A stretch of DNA of 64,000 bases from a virus. How positions within the stretch are numbered: the first letter of the stretch is position 1; every line of letters begins with the position of its first letter. Below, in pieces: positions 23,501 through 35,500 of this stretch. The translations under genes were made by a program, and so were the position numbers. The stretch lies in IMG/VR virus record IMGVR_UViG_3300035670_000075, positions 1 through 64,000 of that record; one strand, given 5' to 3'. Under the pieces are notes generated by a model. That model was not told where the DNA came from. It was given only the letters and a program-made list of their open reading frames with translations, and did not search any database.

Positions 23501-26500
23501 ATGCCGCGTTTCAGTCCGTTGGAAATAAACTTGATGGCGCGGGTAGCGAAGGTCAGTTCGACCAGCAGTGCTTTGAGTGCGTCTTGCACACGCGGCGGCA
23601 GGCTGTGGAATGCGCCTGAGATATTATTACCAAGCGCCACAGCGCCTTGCGCCAATGGATTATTGGATGCGGCAAGCGCTGCACCGGCAGGCGCGAGGGC
23701 GGAGATTATGCCACCAGTTACGCCGTCGAACACCCACACGTTGCCTTTGGTAATATGCTCTCCGGTAGTTTGCGTGGCGTGCAGTAATGCGCCCGTCACC
23801 TCGGATGAGAAGGTGTCTCCAATCGCCAGCGCCAGACTACTCAGCATGTCGGTGAACAGTTTGTAGAGATAATCCACCCCATCCCGCACCGCAACCGCAG
23901 CCACATCAAACATACCACGCAGCGACACCAACATGGCGCTGTAATCCATGCCGGAGAACAGGGTTTGCAGGCTTTGTTGCGCTTGAGTAGCGAAATTTGC
24001 AACGTAACTCATGGAATTTGTGAAATTTTCACGAATTTGACGAGTTACGGCGTCCAAACTGGAAATTAACGGCGCGACCCACGGCGAACTGGAGAACGCA
24101 ACCAGCGCCGCTTCCATGATGCCGAGGTATTTTTTGACGGTATCGACCATGTACATGAACTCGAATTTAATGTCATCCATGTTGTTCATGATGTACTCAA
24201 AGGCGAACATAAACGCCATTTCCATCGCCATCGCGCCAATCATTCCAGTGGCGAATGACGCCGCCAGCGCCACGCCTTTCAGCGCAAAGCTCATGGTTTT
24301 CAGTCCCGCGCTTCCGGCTTTGGTGAGCGTGGGGAAGCGGGATAGTTGTTGATTGACGAGTTGCGATTGGTGCGTGGTGTTGGTCAGTTCTTTGTTGTAG
24401 GCGGCGATGCCTGGTGCTGCGTCACCATAATTGGCGATTGGCGACTGGCGATTGGCGACTGACCCCATCCCACCCACCGGCGCACCATGCACCGTCGCAC
24501 GGAATGCCTCAGCAAACGCCTCGCGGCTATTGGTTTTGGCGTAGGCACTGACTTGGGCGAATGCGTCCTTGTTGGCGGCTACAAACGCGGCGTGGCGTTT
24601 GCTGTCGGTGCGTGACAGGTGGTTGTCGAGGGCGTGACCGGCTTCGTGACTGAGTACAGCCAAGTTATCCGCCATTTTTGACATCTTGAACGCGGCTTTA
24701 TTGAGGAAAATATCGGTCTTGCCGGTAGTTTCATTGTAGCGTGCCAGTCCGGGCGTGACTTCGCCGCGTTGCAGGCGGTCTGCGGCTACGTCAGGGCGCA
24801 GCATCGACAGTTCGCGCTCGCCGAACTTGGTCAGTTTGACTTCGCCAATCGCTTTGCTCAGTTCCGGCACGCGGGCTTTGAGGTCGGCAAGGTGTGCGTC
24901 AACCTGCTTCTGCATTTTGGACGTGGATTGGCTGTAGCCGCACACGGGGATGCATTTGCCGGTTTTGATACCGCGCGCGGGGTCGGCAGTGTTGGATTTG
25001 AGTTTTGATTCTAGGGCGCGTAGTTCCTTATTGGTTTCATCACGAAACTCTTGGTTGCGCTTGATGTTTCTTTGTAGCTCTGCTCTTTCTTTAAGTTCAT
25101 CAGTGCTAAGCGGAGATTTCTTTTCCTTTCTGGTCAATGCGCCAAGTCTGTTTGCGAAAGCTCTGTTTTCTTTAGTGAACAGATCGAGCTTGGTGTTTAG
25201 CCTTCTGATCTCATGCGTAAGCGCAGTAATCTCTCTAATCGTCGCAGAGTCCTCGCCAAGCATCTTCTTGAATTCAGCGTTGGTGTTTTTAATCGGCAGT
25301 TCGCTATCCACTCTGCGTTGCGGCAAAGAATCTATCGAGCGTATCGTAGTGCCTTTGTAGTACGGCTCAATCTGCTTAAGCGCAGACAAAGCCTCCTTGC
25401 CTTCTTTGTTGATAGTGCGCAAGTGTTCGTTAAGCAGGTTTACCCTGTCGTGATTGGCTTTGATTTGTTTTGATATTAAATCAGATTCTTCTTTGTTTTC
25501 TTTAGCGCGCTTTTTGTCCCACGCCAAGTCGCTGTTACGCATTCCAAGTGAGCGAATTTCTTTCTCTACGCTTTCTTTATAGGTCTTCAGTCCGTAGACT
25601 TGGTTTTCGTAAAAACGCACATCAGCAGCTTTGCTGCTTTCACGGTAAACGTCGAGTTGGCTTTGCAGCTTACCTTCTGCGTCAAGTCTCTCTTTTACGC
25701 CATGACCAGCACCAATTGCTATGCGCTGCTGTTCTTGCACGTAATACCTGTCAAGCGCATCAAGCGACGCGGCACGTTTGGCGCGAATGGTTTTTTCTTG
25801 CAGGTCGTAAGTATCTTCCAGTGCGTCAATGCTAAACTTGACTGGCATCAGGCTCTTTCCGGCTTCATCCTTACCGCGTAAGTTGCCGACGAGTAATTGT
25901 TCAAGATAAGCACGCTCACGCTTTGACTGCATTTTTTTGAATGCGGTCAGTGCGGCTTGATGCTCGGTAACGAAGTTGCTGACAATCTGCTTGCGCATTT
26001 GCTCACGCAACGCCATAAACTCCTTGGTCATCTTAGGTGACTTACCCGGCGCTCTTGCCTCAAAGACTTTGACGCCTGATTTTTCGGCTTGGAGCATTGA
26101 CTCCTGAGTGGCTTTGTTGAGTAGGTTCTTGCCTTTCAGGTTTTGCGCCTTGGCGCGTTGCTCAGACTCGAATAAGTCAAGTTCTTTGTCCAAGCGACCG
26201 CGATAGTCCGTCAGTTTTTTATTGATGTATTCGTTAAGCGGTATTGGTTCTTTGCTGCCACTTGGCTTAACCATCTTATCGACAGACGCAATAAGCCTAT
26301 TGCGTTCTTCAGACAGACCGCCCCACATGGCTTGGATTTTTCTTTCCGTCTCTTTGTTGAATTTGTTGATTTGAGATAGGTTGAGTTTCTGGAGTTGCTC
26401 AAGTTCAGACAATGTTGCCGCGTATCTCTTTGGCTTGAATTTAGGCTGAATAGGGTCATAACTTTTCACCGTGGAATAGAAGTCGGCATCATTCTTCCAG

Positions 26501-29500
26501 TGCGTTGCAGGTTTTTTTGTTTGCTTGGTAAATGCGTAGCCGTCAACATCAATGCCTTTGCGTGCAGATGCGGTCTGCTTAACTGCCTTAGTGACTTTCT
26601 GCTGTTCATTAACCACTGATTCCGTGGTCTTTGCAGTCTTAACTGTTGCGCTGTTAATGCCCTGCATAACACGAAGCTGCTTTTCATGTTCGGAAATAAG
26701 CTTTTTCTGAAACTCGATTGCCTTCGCAATATTTCTGGTTTTTTGTGAGTCACCAAGTACGGCATTAAGTTTTTCAGCCTTGCGCTGCATAATTGCCAAC
26801 TCTTCGTTGGCAACTCTAATTCTGTCAGCCAACCTTGCCGCAGAATCCTGTCTGGTTTGCGTGGTTTCTTCAGTCCTTAGTTTAAGGATGCCAACATTTG
26901 ACGCCGATTGATAATCAGCCATGCGCTGAGAAAAAACACCTTGCTGACTTCTCACTGCCTCGTCAAACAGCGCCTTTCTTCCCGCTGCAATAGCCGCCTT
27001 TCTCGCCTCACGCTCAGCCTTGATATTATTCATCACCACAGCATGTTCGCGCTTGCGGTTGGCGATATACTCTTCCACCCCGTCATTAGAAAGCGCAGCG
27101 CGCTTCAGCAACCACTTCGGATTGGTGATGCGCTTCATGGCGACATCCCAGCGCTTGAAGAAGTTCTCAATCATCTTCCCAAAATCAAACCAAATCGCCT
27201 TGCCAGAAGCCTTTTCAGCAACCGCTTTATAATGCTTGTCGATAACGCGCTGCTGCTTGCTCAGCACATCTTCCAGGTTCATGCCTTTACGCACGCCGCG
27301 ATTGACGATTTTCGCCAGTTCGTCGTCGGCGGATTTACCCCAAAAGCCTTTGCCTTGTTTGCGCAGATTGTCTTCGATTGCCTGGCGCTGTTTCTTCAGG
27401 CTTTCCAGTTCGCCTTTGACCAAATCGCGTTGCGCTTTGGCAGACAAGATGCGCGCGGAAGCTTCGTCGCTGGCGAGTTGATAGCCGCGCTCTTGGTTTC
27501 TGAACAGTTCATGCGATGCCGATCTTAGCTCGCCACTGGCTTGCTTGTAGTGCTTCGGCATATCCTTGTGGACTTGCGCCCAGTCTTTTGCCGACAGTCT
27601 ATGTGTGCGCTCGTATTTCTCCAGAATCTCAGTCATGCGCTTGGCTTCGGCTTTGCCGCTGAAGCCCTGATGATCCATTGTCTTGCGCCCGTCGGCTTTT
27701 TCCTTTTCCAAGAAAGCGACGCGCTGGAGTAATTCGATAGCCGCTTTATCATTGACGCGAGCGGCTTTCATCACCTCGTCATCAATGCTGACGCGGCGAC
27801 CTTTGCGCGGTTGAGTGAAGCTACTGTCACCCAGTACAGCGCCCTTGCCATACTTACTGATTTCAGATGACAACTCACGCTGCATCTGTGACAGTTTGTT
27901 AATCCGGTTAATGGTTTCAGTGAGTTTCTGTTGTCCGTCACCAAAGTTTACGTCTGCTTTGAACAAGCGCGAGAAGATGCCTTGTGAGCGTCCGACACCA
28001 TCATTCACGCCGTCGCTGACGCCCTTGCTGATTTTGTCGGCAATGTCACTGGACTTAAACAGGTTGCCAACGCTCTTGCGTGCCGACTTGCTACCCTTAG
28101 CAACGCCAGCGCCGAAGCACTTGGAAATATCTTTGTTGTTACAGAACGCGCCGCGTAAGATTTCGTTGGCGTTCTTCGCCCCCGCCAGCATGTTCTTGCG
28201 CACGGTCTTGTCGTCAACACCAAACGCCATGAGGATCGGGTTTTTGTTGATGTAGTCGGCGGCTTTGGCTTTGGCGGATGCCATGCGTTTCCAGTTGAAT
28301 GCCCATTTAACAGCCAATGCCGTCAACACACCGCCAAGCAGGATCAGCGCGCCGATGAGGTAGGTTTTGATGGTTTCGGCAATGTCTTGTGTTGCGCCGA
28401 TGAAGTCGTGCGCAAATCCTGATACATCAATTCCAAATACTTCTTCGATATACGCAGCAAATAACTTGAATGGTGATGAAATAATTTGGAGAAAACCGGC
28501 AAGTTCAGACAGGTAGTTTATTAACGCAAGGATAACGCCGATTGGCGTTGCAAGCGCGTTAGAGATAGCCGTCAACAATACGTCAATAACCTTGAATACA
28601 ACGACAATCTCATCATGGAACACAGCCAAAGCACCCAGCGCAGTACCGCCAAGCGTGCTGAAAACCATGAACAGATTGGCGGACGCGGCTGCGGCGAGAA
28701 AACTTGCGGAGGTGAATATTGCCAAGCTACCGACAATGGCGATAACCGAGTAGCGGAATACCGTGTTGTTTTCCCACAGGTCGGCAATGGTTTGACCGAA
28801 CTGCGCAATCTCACCACGGAAGGCGTAAATCACGCGAATCAGTCCAATAACAACTGGCGCAAGCGGGTGAATCATGAATGCCAACGCAAGATTGGCAAAC
28901 TCGAAGCTAAGCGCAGAGAATACTTTTTGCCCAAGATCACCCATTGATTCCCAAGTGCCAATGATAGCTTCAGAAAACCAAAGTATTTTTGCAGCAGCAA
29001 AAGAAACAGCACCGGCTAACATATAAGCAACCGCAACTGGCGCGCCTAAATTAATAGCCAGAGAAGCCGTTGCAACTGACGCAGATATAATTGCAATACC
29101 TTTCAAAGCGAAAATAATAGCGCTAAATATTTTATCTAAAGTTGACGACTGGCTTCTGAGATCGGAGATTATTGATAGGATGTTTTGCCCAAACAGTCCG
29201 GCTTCTTGGTTTAACGTATCAAAGATGTTTTTGGCTTTATCTTGCTTTGGCATTTCACTCAAGGCTTCCCAGGCTTTGTCTATAGAACCCGTAAACTCAA
29301 TGATCGACATGACGATATAGCCAATTGCAGAACCAAAAGCCAATGCTGCAATCGTTGGCGCGCCAAAACTTACGGCGGCAGCCGCAGATGCTAAAGAAGA
29401 AATCCCAATTATCAGGTATTGAATTGCTACGCTGGCGTATAAAGTGCCTTTACTTAATTCCATGTAGAATGACTTAATGCCTTCTTGAACACGCACTCTG

Positions 29501-32500
29501 GTTGAATCAAGGTTGCGAAATACTCTGGTGAATTTGTTTATCGCTTCGTTTGCGCCATCTATTCCGCCAATGTAGTCGGTTATACGATCTTTCAGTTCCA
29601 GCAATTCTTTACTAAAAAACGACAGCAACAGCACGATCAGGCTCAGTGTCGATGTCGCTGGGTTAAGCATCAACAAGAACGATGCAAAGCCCATGATCTG
29701 CTGCAAGCCCGCTGCCGTACTTGCGGTGTCTGATAGCATATCGACAAACGCGCTCCACAACAGAGAAAAGTCGCCAATATCCCTCATCACCACGGCAAAT
29801 GAGGCGGGTACTTCCTGATAGACGCGAGACAGTCTGATCAGCGCATCCGCAAACATAAAGATAACGGGAATGCTGACGCCAAAGGTGCGCAGCATGAACT
29901 GGTCAACTTGCGCCAGCGCGGTGAGGAACTGGAACGACACCATTGATAAGTCGCGGAAGGCGTTAGCCAGCATTGGGAAAATTGCCAGCGCCGCTTTACT
30001 CAGGGTCGGGATTGACTTGAATAGCGCAGCGAAGAAGCGTCCGATTTGCTCCCACGCAGAACCTTGACCAAGCCTGACCAGTTGCGCATTCAGTGCGTCG
30101 ATAAAGTAGTTCAACGGCTGAATGAACATGCGATTCATCAAAAATTGCAGGTGGGTAGCGTTTTTCGGCCAGACGGCGGTGAAGATTTCCAGTACGCTTT
30201 CTGCCACTTGGCTTAATATCGGACCCCACTGGACGATGGTGCGAGATAGTGCGGGGAATCTTGATGCCAACGTGTAGGTGAAGTCATCAACGCCAGCCAA
30301 GATTGCCGCCCAAATACGCGGTTGGTTTTTGGCGAATGAGTTGGTGACGTTGTAAATCTGTTTCAGGTTTGCATGTAATGTCGCACGAACGCGATCAACT
30401 TGCCCGTAAGTGCTGGTAGCATAGGCTTTCTTGCTCATCAGGTTTTGCGGGAACAAGGCAACCAACAGCACTTTAGCCAAGTCTGCTACGGGTATCTTGT
30501 GCGTCATCAAGAACTGCAATCGCTTGATGGCCGCAAAGTACGCCGGATATACCGCATTGACCAGCGAGTAATTGAAGTAATCGTGAACTTTGCCGCCGAC
30601 ACCGAAAATACTCAGCGCCCAGTCGCGCACATGGGTTAGGAAGATATGCGCAAAGGGGAATTGCTGCATCAGGTTATTGGTCAGCGTAATCAGGCTGCGC
30701 AAAACACTGGCGAAAATTTGCAGTGAGGCGTGATGTAGTGCTTCAGCCAGCGTGTAAAACGCTGCACGCAGTTGTCTCCAGGCGCGAAGGTTTTTGATGT
30801 AGCGCATCAATCCGCCCATCTCGCCAAAATACATGCGCCCGATTTCTTGGAACATGCCGGAAAGCAGGAACAGCGATACCATCTCGAAATTAAAGATAGC
30901 CTCTTGCAGCAGCGTCCCCATGTCGCCAAACAAATCTTTAATCAGCCCACCAAAAGCGTTACCCATATCAGCAAAGAAATTGCCGTTGACGAAGGCGGTA
31001 AAGAAGTTGCGGGTGAAGCGCAAGAGTGACCGGGTAACATTGACAGTGAAGTTATCAATGGCATCGATAAAGTTGGTGGCAGCTTTGGCGATCAGCGTGG
31101 CTACGCCAAGCAATGCGGCGACGAGCGTATCAAGCAATGCTTGCTTGATGTCGAAGTTGCCGAAGCTCAGGCTTTTCTGTAGGCGACCTAAAGCACCGCC
31201 GATTTCCTTGCTGGTTTTGTCACCTCTAAACGCTGTATCAAGCTCGTCAGAAATCCACTCGCCAATCCATACTACTGGTGTCAACAGACCTTTCTGCTGT
31301 GCCAACACGCTGTCAGCCGCGTCATGCACGGCGGCAACCGCGTCACCAAAGAAGCCGTAAGCAGACTCTTTGATGTCAACGGTTTTCTGTTCACCCATCG
31401 CAATTGACAGGTATTTAGACGGCGCGAATTGCCCAGTCGTGAGGTCGTAAATGCCTTGCCCGGTGGCATTAAGGAAGTTCTTCACGTAGCCGGTCAGGAA
31501 TACGGAAGTCATCGCCGTGCCAAAGGAGATAGCGCTAAGCGATAGCGCCCCATTGAAGCCAGCGAATAATGGTGCGACAACCGGCATGAACTGCGCGATG
31601 GTAATGCCAGCAATGCCGATAGCCATTGCTTTAACGATGAGATCGGCAATCAACTCCCATCTGATGCTGCCGACATACTGCGCAAATCCGCGCCAAATAT
31701 TCGCCAGCGCATCACCAAACGCCGCAAAAGCTGCCGTGCCGTCAAAGATTGACAGCCCAAGCGCGGCAAACGAAATGACCAGCGTATCGAATAATGCGCC
31801 AAGCAGTTTAAGTGGAATCAGCGCTACCTTGACTGAATTCGCGAACGATTCAAATGTGACGCGCCCATCAAACAGCGCGCTAAGCGACAGCATTTTATCG
31901 AACGCCACACCGAATACGATGCCAACGGCGGCAGATAGCGACGGTCCAGCACCGAGGAAGCCAAAGGTAAACGTGTTGAGTAATGATGCCCCGGCTTTGT
32001 CGATAGTCGAGAACGGGCCTTCTTTGGCGGGGGAGTGCGGGAACAGTCTGTCAACCCATGCGAACACGTCAACAATGGCTGTCCACAGGTTTTGTGCTGC
32101 GCTGGTGACGCCAGCGGAGAAGGTTTCGATGAGCGAGGCACCGAATGCGCTGTAATCAAAATTCATTGCTGAGTACAGCACACCGCCAATAATCAGCATT
32201 GATTTTTTGATAGCAGCAGCAACCGCAATTTCAACCACGCTCAGTATGGCGAAACTTTGCTGTATCGCCATTGCCGTCGCCTGTTTGCCATACGCAGACA
32301 GCGCTTTCAGTAGCAATTGCGCGCCAGGAATCGACAATCCAGCAGAGATCAGATTAACCACCCGATACCCAAGTGCCGCCCAGTCGATTTCCTTAACCCG
32401 CTTGGTGAGGTCGGTGAAGATGCCAAGCAGCGCATCACCGAGCACACTGAAACGGAATTCGCCCTTGAACAGCGTATTGATTGCCGCCGCGACAGTGCCG

Positions 32501-35500
32501 ATTAAGCGCCCGGCGATAACCAACAGGTGAACCAACGCACCCAAACCGCCAGCCATGAGTTGCATGGCGTGGGCGGCGAAGCGGAATGCTTCGGCAAGAC
32601 CTTTGCCGAGCAGCATACCAACACCCTCTCCGGCGCTGGCAAGTCCGACGAGTTCGACTTGCGCCGCGCCTGCGGTATCCATCATCAGCAGTAAACCGGC
32701 GACGGTTGGCGCAACGGCAACAGCCAGCGGCTTGAAGGCTTCGACGAGCGGCTTCATGGATTGCGCCATGTTGTTCAGAAAGTCGGTATCGTGAAAGGCC
32801 GAGAAAACCCCGCTTAGATGGTCGCCAAACACGCGCAATTCTGCGCTGACAATTTTCAGCGACGGCAACATGCCCTGCATCAGTCCGGTGAAGAACGGCT
32901 CAACTGCAATCCAAGCGCGGGCGAAACCCTCGCCAGCCGCGCGACCGAATGAGGCAAAATAACCAATCGCCACGCCCATTACGTCGATGGTAGCGACCAG
33001 CAGTTTCGTCCAGCCGTCAAGCGCTGCCATGAGCACGCCGCCGATGATTTTGCCGAGGAAGTGGGCGGAACCGGCGAAGAATACCAGGGTGCTGCGGCTG
33101 TCTTGGCTGGCAGCATCAAGCCCTAACAGCATGGACACAAAGCGCTGCACGGCGGCGATGACGGGGGCAAGCGCAGTGGTGATCGGCTCGAAGGCGGCGG
33201 CTAGAGCGCCTTGGATGGTCAGTAGAGCATCACCAAGCGGGCTGAGTGCGTCGAGCAAACCTTTGCCGAAGTAGATTGCCATGTATTTGCCGACTTCAGC
33301 GGCAAAGGCAATCACGTTGCGCAGCGGGCGTGTCAGCAGTTCTACATAACCAGCGGCAACCGCCGCAACTTCACCCATAAACTTGAATGCATTGGTCAGG
33401 CGGATGATTCCGTTTGTACCTGACTGCGTAAGGAATCTGAGCGCAGGAGAAAGCCCTGAGTAAATCGTCAACTGAAGCTCTGACAATGCTGATTTATACA
33501 ACCGCACATCGCCAGCCAGGTTTTCCAGGCGGGTTTTCGCCATCATTTCAGAGGTTTGGCTGTCAACATTCTTCAGGCTGTCGGCGTAACTCCCCATTTC
33601 CTTAGTCGCGCTACCAGTGGCTTTAACCAGCACATCCATTACGGTTAGCGCGTTCATACCGAAAATGCGCTTGTAAATACCTGCTCTATCAGCCTCATCC
33701 AAGTGCGCTGTGCGCTCTCTGATCTCCGTGAGGAGTTCGGTCATGGACTTCATGCCGCCCGTGGAGTTCTTGGCGCTGACACCGATTGCGCTTAATGCGC
33801 CGCCAACATCGTCAGCCAAGGCTTCGAGGTCGCCGATGTCGTCACCGGCTTCAATCATTTGGTTGGCAAATTTCTGAAAATCTTTATCGGCAATCTTGGT
33901 CGGTGCTGCCAGGCGCAGTAATGCTTGGCGTAAGGCTGTGCCTGACATGGAGCCTTTCAGTGCGGCGTCGCCAGCCAAGCCGATTGCGGCTGACATTTCT
34001 TCAAACGACATACCCAGTGATTCTGAAATTGGCGCGACGTACTTGGCTGATTCGTAGAACTGTTCGAGATTGACGTTACTGGTGCTCATCACTTTGGCGA
34101 ATACATCGACCATGTGCGGCAGTTCGTCAACGCTCTTGCCGAAGCCTGTCATCAGGTCTGATACGATGTCTGATGTCCGCGCCAACTCAGTGCCACCGGC
34201 AGCGGCGAGATTCAGCACCTCGCCTGTAGATTTCATGATTTGCTGCGTGCTGAAGCCGGCCATCCCAAGGTAATATTGCGCGTCTGCCGCTTCTTTAGCG
34301 GTAAATGCGGTTGCTTGCCCCAGGCTGCGTGCCTGGTCTTCCAGTAGCTTAAGCTCTTTGCGTCCGTCTCCGGTATTGATGTTGATACCTTTGACGGCGG
34401 CGACACTGGCAATCGCTTCCTCGAACGCCATGCCAGTATTGACAATGGCATCGAAGCTCTTGGTGAGCGTGCGAAAACCAACCACAGCCGCCGCGACCGC
34501 ACCGCCGACCAAGGCTGTTTTGGCAATCAGGCGACCCAAAGAGGCTTCGCCAACCTTGGCGCTGCCGGACATGTCTTTGATGTCGGCGTTAAATTCTTTG
34601 ATGTGTTTGCCGGATGTTTGATAGGCGGATGCCGCGCCGGACTTGAACGAACCCCAAAAACCTGCGAGTTGCGCCGGGGCTGATTTTAGGAATGAAGCAA
34701 AGCTTGAGAATGCGTCTTTGAAGGAGAAATTTTTGATGAAATTCGCAATGCCGCTACCAGCGCTGCGGAGCATAGTGACGAAGTTGGCGACTGTCAGTTG
34801 GCTGCGATCAAAGTTCTGCGCCATCGTCCACGCGGCGACGCTGGTGGCAATGATTTTGGCTTGGACGAACGAGGCGATACGCGCCAGCCTGTCTAAGCTG
34901 ACGTATGAAATTACTAAAATATTGTTCAAGCCGGAGAGCGTTTGCATGATCACACTGACTTTGGTAAACGTGTTCATGCTTTGCGCCAACCCGTAAGTGG
35001 CAACGGCAAGCTTAGCAATCTCCTCACGGTTGCGAACTGCACTAACCGCCATGCTTGCCAACATTAAACTGTGACCACTGCTGGCGGCGGTCGCCTCGCG
35101 GGTGGCTGCGGTGTTTTCTTTTAACGCTTGGGTATCTGCTTGCGTGTTCGCGGCAACAGGCGCAGGTAGAGCCGCAATTTTTTCTCTCTCGGCACGAAGT
35201 TCTTGGAAAGACTTGATGAGTTCTTCATTCGCCTGCTTCAGTTTTTGCGTAGAAGTCAATGCGTCGTCGAGTGCTTTGACGCCGTCTCCATCGACAGACA
35301 CGGTGATTTTTTGATTGATTACCGCCGTCCCGCCAATCCCTGCTGCCTTTTTGCCGGTCTTGTCCAGTTCTTTGTTGAGTTCACGCACTTGCTTGGTGAT
35401 GTTGCCGATAGCGGACGCGGATTGGTTTAGGCTTTTCGCGTCTAGTGCGCCACTGACTTTGACGGCATTCTTCTGGAACTGCTCGAACTCGCGTGCGGTT

